IMG/VR virus record: IMGVR_UViG_3300023176_003360
Source of the DNA: an uncultured virus (IMG/VR IMGVR_UViG_3300023176_003360)
Lineage: Duplodnaviria > Heunggongvirae > Uroviricota > Caudoviricetes
DNA length: 64,000 nt
Strand: one strand, 5' to 3'
Position numbers and translations under genes: made by a program. A model generated the notes under the pieces. The model was not told the origin of the DNA and made no database searches. It was given only the letters and a program-made list of their open reading frames with translations. Numbering within the stretch: the first letter of the stretch is position 1; every line of letters starts with the position of its first letter. This document shows positions 10,014 to 19,368 of the stretch, in pieces.

Positions 10014-10338
10014 TTTGCATCCTCTTTTCAATTAAACCTGGTTTTTTATTAGCCAGGTGTGTTAGATTATGTTTCTGTAAAGTAGCACGAAGTTCATCTC
10101 CGTACTGCTCTGCTTTTTGTAGATCATTGCTTAACTGACTGTTTAGTTCACCTAGTCTCTTTGATTCTGCTCTTTCAAGTTGTAATGATTGCTCACTTGT
10201 TTGAACAGCAATTTCCATTTTAGCAACATTTGCTCTAGCAGTTTCTAGATCACTTTGTAGTTTTTTAACGTACAAAAATCCGCCTCCTGCCGCGGCAAGC
10301 ATTGTTAAAATAATAGCAATTCTAATTGAACTAAACAT
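9907..10338 (-). CDS. i-spanin-like protein
   Basis: N-terminal TM anchor and periplasmic coiled coil. Next to the endolysin. Confidence 0.75.
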   Translation of the reverse strand: MFSSIRIAIILTMLAAAGGGFLYVKKLQSDLETARANVAKMEIAVQTSEQSLQLERAESKRLGELNSQLSNDLQKAEQYGDELRATLQKHNLTHLANKKPGLIEKRMQNATNKLWDDLESITNPNANDRVQSTDSGTKDSNSN

Positions 10339-10339
10339 G

Positions 10340-10450
10340 TTATCTCCCGTGTTTGCAAACTTCAATGACAATGATCTTGCCATCACCGTCTACAAATTCT
10401 TTGTAAAGTGGTCCTTCGTGTTTTTCGTGTCCGCAGTTCTTACAGGTCAT
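10340..10450 (-). CDS. 36-aa Cys/His-rich peptide (MTCKNCGHEKHEG...VCKHGR)
   Basis: Fills the gap between endolysin and spanin with an ATGA overlap. Not in the ORF track. Confidence 0.6.
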   Translation of the reverse strand: MTCKNCGHEKHEGPLYKEFVDGDGKIIVIEVCKHGR

Positions 10451-10959
10451 ACCATTTGTAAAGCAAGTTCGGTAGTTTCGTTAACTCTGCGAGTCCAACC
10501 CCTACCAAAAGTTTCGAATGTGCTTAGGCTTTCGTAGTATGATTGGCGTGCTTCTTGAAAGTTTTTAATTGTTGCTTCAATACCGTGTTCGTCGACATAT
10601 TCAGCAACTTTTTTTAATGTGTTAGGGCCAATCCCTCCGTCAGCAACTGTACCGATCATTGTTTGTAAGTATTTTGCTGAACGTCCTGTACCTGCGTTAA
10701 CACCAAAGTCAAATACACAAAGATCTAAACCTGATGGTAGATCGTCGCCTTTAACTCTATCCCAATAGTTCTTTTTGTAGATTGGAGCAACGTCTTCAAC
10801 CGTTAGGTCTTTCATATCTTTTGTTCCGCCCCAATCTTCGTAAACTCTTTTAGTAACACCTAGGTTGGTTTCCCCGCCTGGGTCTTTTGGATGATTTACA
10901 TATCCGCCTTCGTGATGAAGGATTGTACTTAAACACTTGTCGTAGTTTTCGCTAGCCAT
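10447..10959 (-). CDS. Endolysin, glycoside hydrolase family 108
   Basis: HEGGYVNHPKDPGGETNLGVT motif and C-terminal FGRGW..R peptidoglycan-binding motif. Confidence 0.92.
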   Translation of the reverse strand: MASENYDKCLSTILHHEGGYVNHPKDPGGETNLGVTKRVYEDWGGTKDMKDLTVEDVAPIYKKNYWDRVKGDDLPSGLDLCVFDFGVNAGTGRSAKYLQTMIGTVADGGIGPNTLKKVAEYVDEHGIEATIKNFQEARQSYYESLSTFETFGRGWTRRVNETTELALQMV

Positions 10960-10962
10960 ATA

Positions 10963-11682
10963 TTATATCCTTTTCATAACTTTAGTTCTTGTACCATTGG
11001 TAAAGAACAAGTTTTCTTCAATTTTCTGTATATTATAGTTACCTAAAAATTTAGTTAGGAACAGTACTTCTGACATAGATGTTTCATCTAATTGGATAGC
11101 ACCTGTATATTTGGCAATCATATCAGCAGTATTACCTTCGTCTACCACTTCCATTCTTACCTTCCCAGATGCATGTCTTCCAAATTCTATAACGTTTTCT
11201 TTAACATATTTTTGCTCAGTAACACCTTTGTTAAAGAAACGATCTAATTCTGTTTGATTGTATTCGTTAATCATGCTTTCATAATCGTTGCTATTTAACG
11301 GAATATCGTTTTCTGCTTCCGCAATGCTAAAAGGTTTGCTTTCAACATTTTTATAGTATCTGTATTTCCAATCACCTATTCCTGTTAATTTGGAAACTTC
11401 TTCTAGCAAGTCATTAATTCTTGTTGGTAAATGTCTATCTCTTTCCATTTCAACAAAAACATTGTAATTTCCTTTGCGATTTTCGCCTGTGCTTACATCA
11501 GCATCTAGCACAAAGTCATAACCTTTTTCAATAAAGTTCATTAGGTCTTTTGCTGGTTCTTGTGATTTAACTTCGAACGCAAGCACGGCAATTTCTTTGT
11601 CTTGCCCCATCTTTGACTTATATGAATCTATTGTGAAAATTTCGTTTACGAAGTCTTTTAAATCATTAGGCTGTAGACTCAT
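10963..11682 (-). CDS. Hypothetical phage protein
   Basis: 239 aa ORF. Confidence 0.65.
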   Translation of the reverse strand: MSLQPNDLKDFVNEIFTIDSYKSKMGQDKEIAVLAFEVKSQEPAKDLMNFIEKGYDFVLDADVSTGENRKGNYNVFVEMERDRHLPTRINDLLEEVSKLTGIGDWKYRYYKNVESKPFSIAEAENDIPLNSNDYESMINEYNQTELDRFFNKGVTEQKYVKENVIEFGRHASGKVRMEVVDEGNTADMIAKYTGAIQLDETSMSEVLFLTKFLGNYNIQKIEENLFFTNGTRTKVMKRI

Positions 11683-12196
11683 CTGCTACTCCTGTGTCAA
11701 TATCTGTTTCTGTTTCTGGTACAATTTCTGGCTGTGTATTTGTTGATTGTAATTCAGCCATTACATATTCATCGACGTTTCTCATATAACCTTTATACAT
11801 ATCAAACATTAATTGCTTTGGCATCGAAATGTTTACTACCCAGATAGGTAGTTGATCTAGTTTGCCCTTTTTAGTACCTGGTCGATAATCGTCTGGAGAT
11901 TCAATTTTTCTAGGTTGTACAAAATGGTCCTTTTTATATGTTACTTTACAATCATAATCTAATAGTCTGCGTCCTGCTTGTGGATTTGGCATTTTATCTC
12001 TAGGCCACATAAATGCACACTCTACAGTGTGTCTTTTGACATTAGGCCCTGAAATTAGTTCTCCTTCACTCCAGTTCTCAAACACATACATGTCTAACTC
12101 GTCTAAAACACGCTCAAAATCCTTTAAAACACGCATATGTGTGTTTGATTCGTAGATTGTTTTAACGTTTTCAATGATCTTTACTATATCGTACAT
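11666..12196 (-). CDS. Hypothetical phage protein
   Basis: 176 aa ORF with GGAG RBS and upstream TAAATA. Confidence 0.65.
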   Translation of the reverse strand: MYDIVKIIENVKTIYESNTHMRVLKDFERVLDELDMYVFENWSEGELISGPNVKRHTVECAFMWPRDKMPNPQAGRRLLDYDCKVTYKKDHFVQPRKIESPDDYRPGTKKGKLDQLPIWVVNISMPKQLMFDMYKGYMRNVDEYVMAELQSTNTQPEIVPETETDIDTGVADESTA

Positions 12197-12329
12197 ATTA
12201 TCTTCTCCACTTTTATTTATCGCAAAACAGGAATGATCAAAAAATAAACGTATTAGTTAATGAATATCATTATCTATTAAATACTATTGCAGTCGGACAA
12301 AGAACTTCGTAATAATAAAGGAGGACGAT

Positions 12330-13058
12330 TTGTCAAGAGCAAAACGCAAAGAACGTAATAGGGAGCGTTCGCAAATGGGTAATATAACATATATTAATCC
12401 AATCCCTAATAGAAGACGTCAAGTTGAGGTACTCCCAAGGAACCTTAATCAAGAAACCTACCTTGAAACACTCAAGAATCCAAAAACACACATTACATTT
12501 GCAGTTGGACCTGCAGGAACGGGTAAAACCCTTATTGGTGTTCAAATGGCTATTAAAGCGTTTCAAGAAGGAGAGGTGGATAAAATCGTGATCACTAGAC
12601 CCGCTGTAAGTGTGGATGAGCAACACGGCTTTTTACCAGGAACACTTGAGCAAAAGATGGAGCCTTGGACGAAACCAATCTTTGACGTTTTTGCAGAATA
12701 CTACTACCAAAAAGAAATTAGTGGGATGATACAAGAGGGGGTGATTGAGATATCTCCACTGGCTTTCATGCGTGGTAGAACGTTTAAGAGATCATACATT
12801 ATTGCAGATGAAATGCAAAATGCAACACCGAGTCAAATGAAGATGTTGCTAACTCGCATAGGTGAGCATAGTTGTATGGTAGTCACCGGGGATCTACAAC
12901 AAGCAGACAGAATGAAGTCAAACGGCTTGTTGGATTTTATTAACAAAGTAGAAACAAGAACAAATTTAAAGCATATAGGCATATGCAGATTTGATCTAGG
13001 AGACGTAGAAAGACATGAAGCGGTTAAAGAAATATTAGATATTTACGGCGAAGACTAA
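12330..13058 (+). CDS. phoH: PhoH-like ATPase
   Basis: GPAGTGKT, RGRTF, DEMQN, TGDLQQ motifs. Confidence 0.95.
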   Translation: MSRAKRKERNRERSQMGNITYINPIPNRRRQVEVLPRNLNQETYLETLKNPKTHITFAVGPAGTGKTLIGVQMAIKAFQEGEVDKIVITRPAVSVDEQHGFLPGTLEQKMEPWTKPIFDVFAEYYYQKEISGMIQEGVIEISPLAFMRGRTFKRSYIIADEMQNATPSQMKMLLTRIGEHSCMVVTGDLQQADRMKSNGLLDFINKVETRTNLKHIGICRFDLGDVERHEAVKEILDIYGED

Positions 13059-13393
13059 ATTTCCTTATAAGGTAATTTACTGAAAAGTTTAGTTTTGTCC
13101 GACTGCCCACTGAACTTTTCATATTCCGACATAGGATCTTTAGCGTTTACAATATTAGGCCAATCTGCATTTAAGGCAAAGTATTCGTTGTGCTTGTACC
13201 ACGGATCGTTAACATCGTCTGTTTGATAAATTGCTTCTTCAGGACATTCAGGAACACACACTCCGCAATCAATACATTCTTCAGGATTGATTACTAGCAT
13301 GTTTTCACCTTCGTAAAAACAGTCTACAGGGCAAACATCAACGCAGGTTGTATGCTTACAGTTTATACATTTATCGTTTACTAAATGTGTCAT
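13055..13393 (-). CDS. fdxA: 7Fe/8Fe ferredoxin
   Basis: CINCKHTTCVDVCPVDCF and CIDCGVCVPECP. Confidence 0.92.
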   Translation of the reverse strand: MTHLVNDKCINCKHTTCVDVCPVDCFYEGENMLVINPEECIDCGVCVPECPEEAIYQTDDVNDPWYKHNEYFALNADWPNIVNAKDPMSEYEKFSGQSDKTKLFSKLPYKEI

Positions 13394-13394
13394 A

Positions 13395-13643
13395 TTATTC
13401 TCCTAACCAGTTTATAACGCCTCTAATTGCTAATAACAAATAAAATAATTCCATTAATGCTCGAGGTGTGTCTTTGTCTTTTATTCCCATCCAAATCCAT
13501 ATACTACAACTGAAACAAGCCACTGCCCATCCTACCCATTGAAGTTTTGGATCACCACCACTTAATAAGAAAGCGCCGATCATTGCTAAGACAAATCCTA
13601 ACCAACGCCAGCCGTCTATTTTGTGATAGTAGCGAATTTTCAT
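13395..13643 (-). CDS. Small 3-TM membrane protein
   Basis: Three hydrophobic segments. Confidence 0.6.
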   Translation of the reverse strand: MKIRYYHKIDGWRWLGFVLAMIGAFLLSGGDPKLQWVGWAVACFSCSIWIWMGIKDKDTPRALMELFYLLLAIRGVINWLGE

Positions 13644-14353
13644 TAAAGATTGTTTTTGATCTCCTTAAGGATCTTACCTTTCATATTATATTCTTTAAAG
13701 AATTTGTAAAAATAATCTAGATTTTTATAATCACGTTTATATTCTTTTGTATCTATTCCTATACTAAAATATTGTAATAATTTATCACTCATGTGAAATC
13801 TTTTAAAGTTAATCTTTTTATCTGTATGAAATTGTAAGTAATACAGTATTTCGTTTTCGCTAACTTTAAATGTGTTATTAGCACTAGGTTTAAGATAGCA
13901 AGTAAATTCAAAACCTCTAAACCATTTGCTTATATTAAATTTGCCTGGAATAATCATACAATTATCATTTATATAACTTCTTTCCATAAATGGTTGCATC
14001 TGGCTTACTTCTAAATCTTCTTCGCAAAAGAATATATAAGGTAATTTTAAACTGAGAAGTTGTTCATCTCTATTTCGTAAAACAAATGCAGTATGAAAGA
14101 ATTCTTCATTATGATTTTTTGCTTGTACGCCATTTTGTGTAAATTCTACTTCGTAATCATATATGCTAGGAATAGCATAATAATTTTTTAATGCATTTAC
14201 AACAGCAGGACATTCCTCAAAATTATCAAGCGGAGTTCTGCTAATTAAACTTCTATTACGTTTATCAGCAAGAACAGATTTAGCGACATTGATAGGCTCT
14301 TGTGCCCTAATAATGCCTTTAACTTCTGGTATTACGGACCAGTAGACGTCCAT
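13643..14353 (-). CDS. Hypothetical protein
   Basis: 236 aa ORF, coupled to its neighbours. Confidence 0.6.
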   Translation of the reverse strand: MDVYWSVIPEVKGIIRAQEPINVAKSVLADKRNRSLISRTPLDNFEECPAVVNALKNYYAIPSIYDYEVEFTQNGVQAKNHNEEFFHTAFVLRNRDEQLLSLKLPYIFFCEEDLEVSQMQPFMERSYINDNCMIIPGKFNISKWFRGFEFTCYLKPSANNTFKVSENEILYYLQFHTDKKINFKRFHMSDKLLQYFSIGIDTKEYKRDYKNLDYFYKFFKEYNMKGKILKEIKNNL

Positions 14354-14547
14354 TACTTCTTCCTTTTAGTTTTCTTCTTAGCAGTACCAGCCTTCATTTC
14401 GCGATATTGTTCACCGGTCATGCCTGTAGGTATACGTTCTATTTTACCACCCTTCTCTAAAAATTCTTTTATCATTTGGTCTAGTTCTTCTTGGCGCCTT
14501 CTAGCACCTTCTGGGTCTACTATATCCTTTGTATTGTCTAATGGCAT
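14353..14547 (-). CDS. SutA-like RNA polymerase-binding small protein
   Basis: Core ELDQMIKEFLEKGGKIERIP resembles the SutA EFLxxGGK(I/V) motif. Confidence 0.55.
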   Translation of the reverse strand: MPLDNTKDIVDPEGARRRQEELDQMIKEFLEKGGKIERIPTGMTGEQYREMKAGTAKKKTKRKK

Positions 14548-14548
14548 G

Positions 14549-15478
14549 TTACTCCTTTGTTAAACGTGCTAGTTTTACCAACGTAGCACTCATGTTTATT
14601 TCTGGATCAGCGACAAATGAATGATCTACCAATCCTTGTTTGATTATTAGTATTGCTTGGTCCTGTTTATCTTCTTCTGTGGCAAACACATCCAAGTTAT
14701 CATACATCCAACGGAAGATGTCTTCCATCTCTTCTGGACGAGCCTGATTACAAATTAGTTTACGTGCTTCTGAAATCTTACCTGCTTTAAACAGTTCGAC
14801 CATATCTACTTTGTAGTCAGTTTCACCCGTATCTCCTTTTGCTGGCGGAAGTAGTTTGCCTGTTGTGCTATTCATTTGACACATATTGATACACTTACGC
14901 ATATCAGGATATGTTGCTTTTACAAATGTATCTAGCACATCTAGATCAGGTTCAACACCTTCTTCTAGCAAGATGGTTGCGATACGTGCTGTGAATTCTG
15001 TTTGATCCACGTTGGTAATATGAAAGCCTTGACAACGTGAATGAATTGCTGGAATAATTCTATTAGGATAGTTACAGGTTAAAATAAATCTGCTTGTGGT
15101 ATGGTATTCTTCCATAACGCCACGCAATGCCGCCTGTGCGTTTGGACTCAAGTAGTCTGCCTCATCTAGTAGAACAACCTTGAAGTCACCAAACGGAATC
15201 ATCTGTACAAAGTTTACAATTTTATCTCGTACATCTTCTACACTGTTTGTTCGACTTGCGTTAATCTCAAGCAAATCATATTCACTTACTTCTAGTTCAT
15301 TTAGCAATACTTTAGCAAGTGTTGTCTTACCAATACCAGCGTGTCCGCTGAATAGCAAGTGTGGAATACTTTTGTCTTTTAACCAACCATTAACTTGATC
15401 TTTTTGTGCTTGATCCCTAAACACATAGTCCTTAACTGTTTTAGGACGATACTTTTCTACCCATAATTCTTTAGCCAT
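14549..15478 (-). CDS. Clamp loader (RFC small subunit / gp44-like)
   Basis: LWVEKYRP, GIGKTT, INAS, DEAD, SRC motifs. Confidence 0.93.
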   Translation of the reverse strand: MAKELWVEKYRPKTVKDYVFRDQAQKDQVNGWLKDKSIPHLLFSGHAGIGKTTLAKVLLNELEVSEYDLLEINASRTNSVEDVRDKIVNFVQMIPFGDFKVVLLDEADYLSPNAQAALRGVMEEYHTTSRFILTCNYPNRIIPAIHSRCQGFHITNVDQTEFTARIATILLEEGVEPDLDVLDTFVKATYPDMRKCINMCQMNSTTGKLLPPAKGDTGETDYKVDMVELFKAGKISEARKLICNQARPEEMEDIFRWMYDNLDVFATEEDKQDQAILIIKQGLVDHSFVADPEINMSATLVKLARLTKE

Positions 15479-15716
15479 TTTTTACCTTCTGTGATGATGT
15501 ATATATTTTGTCTAGTGTGTAAAACCATAAACCGTTTACTAATGGTTCTATTATAGCATCAATTGCCGCCAAGTCAAGAGCCGCACCTGTAATTAATCTA
15601 TTACAGATCATAGCAATTACGATATGGCCCGCGGTGTATATGCCCGCCCTAGCCAAACTGCTATGTCCTACCAATCGCTTAGTCAGATTGAATATGCCAA
15701 CACGAAATTCAGTCAT
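15471..15716 (-). CDS. Small membrane protein (DUF2061-like)
   Basis: Two hydrophobic helices. TTGACA-17-TATTAT promoter immediately upstream. Confidence 0.55.
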   Translation of the reverse strand: MTEFRVGIFNLTKRLVGHSSLARAGIYTAGHIVIAMICNRLITGAALDLAAIDAIIEPLVNGLWFYTLDKIYTSSQKVKNG

Positions 15717-15728
15717 AGTAATATAATA

Positions 15729-15896
15729 CTATGCTTTGTCTTCAGTGTCAAGTTTTTTCTTGGTGTGTTTTGCCGTTTCGGAGACCCTGTATTCGTCCGT
15801 ATTGCGTAGATGTGGATATTGATATTCTTTTGGTACTGTTCCCCAACCTACTACACGGTCCCAGTCACGTTGTGTGTAATAATCGTTTTTTGGCAT
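15729..15896 (-). CDS. 55-aa hypothetical protein (MPKNDYYTQRDWDRVVGWG...)
   Basis: Fills the gap, TAAATA upstream. Not in the ORF track. Confidence 0.55.
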   Translation of the reverse strand: MPKNDYYTQRDWDRVVGWGTVPKEYQYPHLRNTDEYRVSETAKHTKKKLDTEDKA

Positions 15897-15907
15897 TGTG
15901 TAGGTAT

Positions 15908-16870
15908 TTATAAACCGTTTGGAATAATAATGTAGTGTATTGAAAGCACAATACCAACCGATGCCATTAGTCCAGCAATCATTTTGATAAAGTCTTTGCC
16001 TATGAGTGGAAACACAGTTTTTAGTTTGCCATTGCCCAGCACTGTTGCCATAGCAAGTTCACGTCCACAAAGCAATCCAACAAACACCCAAGTTGTACTC
16101 ATCGGTATGTCATTTAGTTCCTTAAAGAACCACAGCACCAACCAATAAAAAAGGTCGATTAATGTAGCCGACCTTACGTATCTTGTGTTGTGTTTTTCTA
16201 TCACAATCTTTTGTATCTTGCCTCCGCCTTCACGGAACATAAACGCAAGACCAATCACAAACACAGCACTTACCATCAGCATCATATCAAATGGCACACT
16301 CCTTGGCAAATACACAGCAATGTTGGCCATGTCATGACTTAACCAAGTAAACCATAAGAACGCTGTGGTTATCCATTGTGCCACACGCCAATACTTTTTG
16401 TGTTCCTCTTTGACCGGATCACGTTTTTCATCCACGATCCTAGTGATGAGTAGATAGGCCGCATAGGCCGCAACCGCCGCAACAGCATATCCCATAATGC
16501 TTTTTACTAACATCTTTTCTAGTACAAAGGTAGAAGCAAACGCACTTAATACTAAAAAAGACGTACTAACTGGTACGCCTATCCTTGTAAGTAATAATAA
16601 CAGTCCCGGCGCCGCGGCATGGTACCATTGTATTTCCTGGAATGGTATTTTGTTGAGTCTGCCGTAACTGATGTCTCCACCATTTACTGTCCAGCCATAC
16701 CACAGGGTGTAAAGCAGAACTGCTGAAGCACAGCCCCACATAATTTTCCAATTGAATCTTTCGTTGTTTGAAGCAATCCAAGTACCAAGAGTTTGTACTG
16801 AATCATTTGCGATAACTGAATAGGCCGCTAATAAAAAACCTATCGCCATCCATAGTGTGATATAGTCCAT
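15908..16870 (-). CDS. PiT/PHO4-like inorganic phosphate transporter
   Basis: Multi-TM protein with two internal repeats carrying IANDSVQ/SHDMAN and PVSTS/PMSTT signatures. Confidence 0.65.
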   Translation of the reverse strand: MDYITLWMAIGFLLAAYSVIANDSVQTLGTWIASNNERFNWKIMWGCASAVLLYTLWYGWTVNGGDISYGRLNKIPFQEIQWYHAAAPGLLLLLTRIGVPVSTSFLVLSAFASTFVLEKMLVKSIMGYAVAAVAAYAAYLLITRIVDEKRDPVKEEHKKYWRVAQWITTAFLWFTWLSHDMANIAVYLPRSVPFDMMLMVSAVFVIGLAFMFREGGGKIQKIVIEKHNTRYVRSATLIDLFYWLVLWFFKELNDIPMSTTWVFVGLLCGRELAMATVLGNGKLKTVFPLIGKDFIKMIAGLMASVGIVLSIHYIIIPNGL

Positions 16871-16898
16871 CAATCACCTCTTTTAAAACTAAAACTAT

Positions 16899-17471
16899 TT
16901 AACAAGATGTTACAATATTATAAATTTCTTGCCAGTTGTTTGCTCGTACAACTTCCGGGTGTTCGTAATCACTATTCCATGAATGTGAAACTAGAATAGG
17001 TTTATGCCCAGCACCTAGTCCTGCTTCTGCGTTGGCAGGTTTATCTTCAATCCACCAATGTCCTGGCTCGTATTCTTTTAGTACTTCATCTTTGTCACTG
17101 CCTGTTGCTAGACAACGAACACGATAAAAAGTACCACGACCGAAGAAGCGTTCAAGATTCATTCTGCGTAGTTCACCCGCCCAATAGTCTGTGCTTAAAC
17201 TTGTAATTGCTTCAAAACTGTAGCCTTGTGCTTTTAGTTTTTGTACCCAGTCCACACTGTCACGCAATGGTTTTAGGAAACCCATCCACGCACTTTCGTT
17301 AAACTGTTTTACTAGATCGTCACACTGACGTTTTCTTTGGAAGCCATATCTAACGTATTGGTTGTATACGTCTGGCTTTTTGATTCGAAACCCACGTTCG
17401 GCCATCCACGCATCAAAGGCAGGTTCCCAGTCTAGTAGCACACCGTCTACATCGACAAGTATTTTTTTCAA
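16899..17471 (-). CDS. HAD-family 5'(3')-nucleotidase
   Basis: DVDGVL and WIEDK motifs. Confidence 0.8.
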   Translation of the reverse strand: MKKILVDVDGVLLDWEPAFDAWMAERGFRIKKPDVYNQYVRYGFQRKRQCDDLVKQFNESAWMGFLKPLRDSVDWVQKLKAQGYSFEAITSLSTDYWAGELRRMNLERFFGRGTFYRVRCLATGSDKDEVLKEYEPGHWWIEDKPANAEAGLGAGHKPILVSHSWNSDYEHPEVVRANNWQEIYNIVTSC

Positions 17472-17885
17472 TTATAAATCTCCGTCTTTTCTATTTTCGG
17501 AGTAATATACATCAAACTCTCCGCCTGGATATCTTGCTTTGAGTTTGTTTACGTTTTCTGCTACGACTTCATTAGGATCGAGACCCAATGCACGGCAACT
17601 ATTAATCCAATACCACATGATATCGCCAAGTTCTCGTTTGCAATGAAAGACAGTTTCGTCATCCATTGGTTTGCCTTGAAATACACATTTTTTAACAATT
17701 TCACTAAACTCTCCTCCTTCGGACGCAATACCGATTGCACCTGTTAGCAATAATGCTACATTAACATTTGGGTTATTTGCTTCTATATCTTTTGCCCTAT
17801 AAAACATTTCAGACAATTGATTACTTTCTTTTGATGTGACTTGTTCTACAAATTCTTTGTATTTGTTTAAATCTACGTTGCTCAA
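17472..17885 (-). CDS. mazG: MazG-like NTP pyrophosphohydrolase
   Basis: EGGEFSEIVKK, ELGDIMWY, NKLKARYP. Confidence 0.85.
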   Translation of the reverse strand: MSNVDLNKYKEFVEQVTSKESNQLSEMFYRAKDIEANNPNVNVALLLTGAIGIASEGGEFSEIVKKCVFQGKPMDDETVFHCKRELGDIMWYWINSCRALGLDPNEVVAENVNKLKARYPGGEFDVYYSENRKDGDL

Positions 17886-17896
17886 TTTAACCTCTT

Positions 17897-18331
17897 TTAT
17901 CTTGCGCCAAAGTCTTCGGCTTTTGCTTTGTCGGGTGAAGTATCTATTTCTTCACCTATTTGTATGTCATTTGGTTTTTCGTTTGATACTGCTAGTATTT
18001 CATTAATGTCAATTTTTCTAATTTCAACTTCAGTACCATCTTCTTGTTCAAGTATAAAACTACGACTCCAACGACCGTGTGATACAAGAATCCAATCACC
18101 TACCTCGTAGTCGTCTTTATTTTCGTGTCCTTTTGCATATACTTGACACCAGCGAGGATAGATGCCATGTGATTTACCGTCATCATTAGCAATAATAATA
18201 CCGCCTCTGGTTTTTTGTTCACCAAAGTGCATATTATATCCAAGGACATCGTCGTGAATGGGAGTTACTTTTCCTTTAACTCTCATTTTAAGACCCGTAG
18301 GTCCGCCCATCATCTTTTTAGCATCTAACAT
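17897..18331 (-). CDS. groES: GroES-like co-chaperonin
   Basis: PIHDDVL, KTRGGII, VGDWIL, EILAV. Confidence 0.75.
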   Translation of the reverse strand: MLDAKKMMGGPTGLKMRVKGKVTPIHDDVLGYNMHFGEQKTRGGIIIANDDGKSHGIYPRWCQVYAKGHENKDDYEVGDWILVSHGRWSRSFILEQEDGTEVEIRKIDINEILAVSNEKPNDIQIGEEIDTSPDKAKAEDFGAR

Positions 18332-18334
18332 TGC

Positions 18335-18769
18335 TTATTCCTTTGTTGCATCTGCAATACCACGTCTACGCGATCTTGCTTTTTTAACTGCTTCAATGCC
18401 TTTGTCTAAAACTTCTTCTTCGGCAGGTGCTTCTTGAGTTTTTACAACATCTTCAGCAGGTGCTTCTTGAACAACTTCACTCACAGGAGTATCTTCAATT
18501 CTCATTGTTTGCGAAGGTGGATTTTGTGTTCTAGTTTGAACATTAACAGTTGAACTAGGAACATCTGTGTCTGGTGTTGCTTTTGGATTGTTATCGTAGT
18601 ATGTACTTACAATTTGTTCACGTGTACGAAGTATTTTTCCACCAGGACCAATTTCATCACCCCTAGCATTAACTTTCATATTTCCTACTGCTGGAGTAAG
18701 TTCATTTTGACTACGCAATTTGTCCATATCAATTTGCCGACCTTGCATTGTTCTATATGTTCTTCCCAT
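18335..18769 (-). CDS. Hypothetical phage protein
   Basis: 144 aa with GNMKVNARGDEIG core and a disordered tail. Confidence 0.65.
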   Translation of the reverse strand: MGRTYRTMQGRQIDMDKLRSQNELTPAVGNMKVNARGDEIGPGGKILRTREQIVSTYYDNNPKATPDTDVPSSTVNVQTRTQNPPSQTMRIEDTPVSEVVQEAPAEDVVKTQEAPAEEEVLDKGIEAVKKARSRRRGIADATKE

Positions 18770-18792
18770 TTTAATCTCCTTTGTATAGGTAG

Positions 18793-19368
18793 TTATCTTA
18801 AAAATTCTGTGGGATCTAAATTATATTTGATCGAATCTACTTTGTGTACTCCCAACAAATATAACACGTAACTTGCTACACTTGACCCACGTCCAACACC
18901 CCATACAATGTTGTTCTTTCTCAGTGTATCTACCATGTATTTAAGAAATTGTAAAACGTCCATCATAGCATGTGACTTAAACAAGTTTAGTTCATAATTA
19001 ACACGCTCAGTTTCTGCAGGTGTTTTACAAAGACTTAAAACATAATTTTCAATATCAAATTGCTTATACTCTTCTGGCATAAACCAGTTAATTCTATTAT
19101 TTTGATCAAATAAATCCTGTCCAATAGTATCTTCGTTGCTAATATTCAAAAACTCAAAAGGATCTTTGTTTAGTTTTATTTGTTCATTGTATTGCGTAGA
19201 AAACTTTTCGTTTGGTATAATACAATTATTGATATTATTTGATTTGTTTTGATATAGTAATTCGATGATATTGTTTTCTGTTAGAATAGATTGGCCAATG
19301 CTACTTTTCTCTACCACCGTCGATGACTGTTGGTTTAAATGATTTGGCTTTTGTGTTGTCTGTGTCAT
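18793..19368 (-). CDS. Stand-alone fragment of DNA polymerase III alpha (DnaE-like)
   Basis: RVNYEL...GVGRGSSVASYVLYLLGVHKVDSIKYNL..EFL matches the DnaE GPGRGS region. True start may be a GTG near 19317. Confidence 0.75.
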   Translation of the reverse strand: MTQTTQKPNHLNQQSSTVVEKSSIGQSILTENNIIELLYQNKSNNINNCIIPNEKFSTQYNEQIKLNKDPFEFLNISNEDTIGQDLFDQNNRINWFMPEEYKQFDIENYVLSLCKTPAETERVNYELNLFKSHAMMDVLQFLKYMVDTLRKNNIVWGVGRGSSVASYVLYLLGVHKVDSIKYNLDPTEFLR

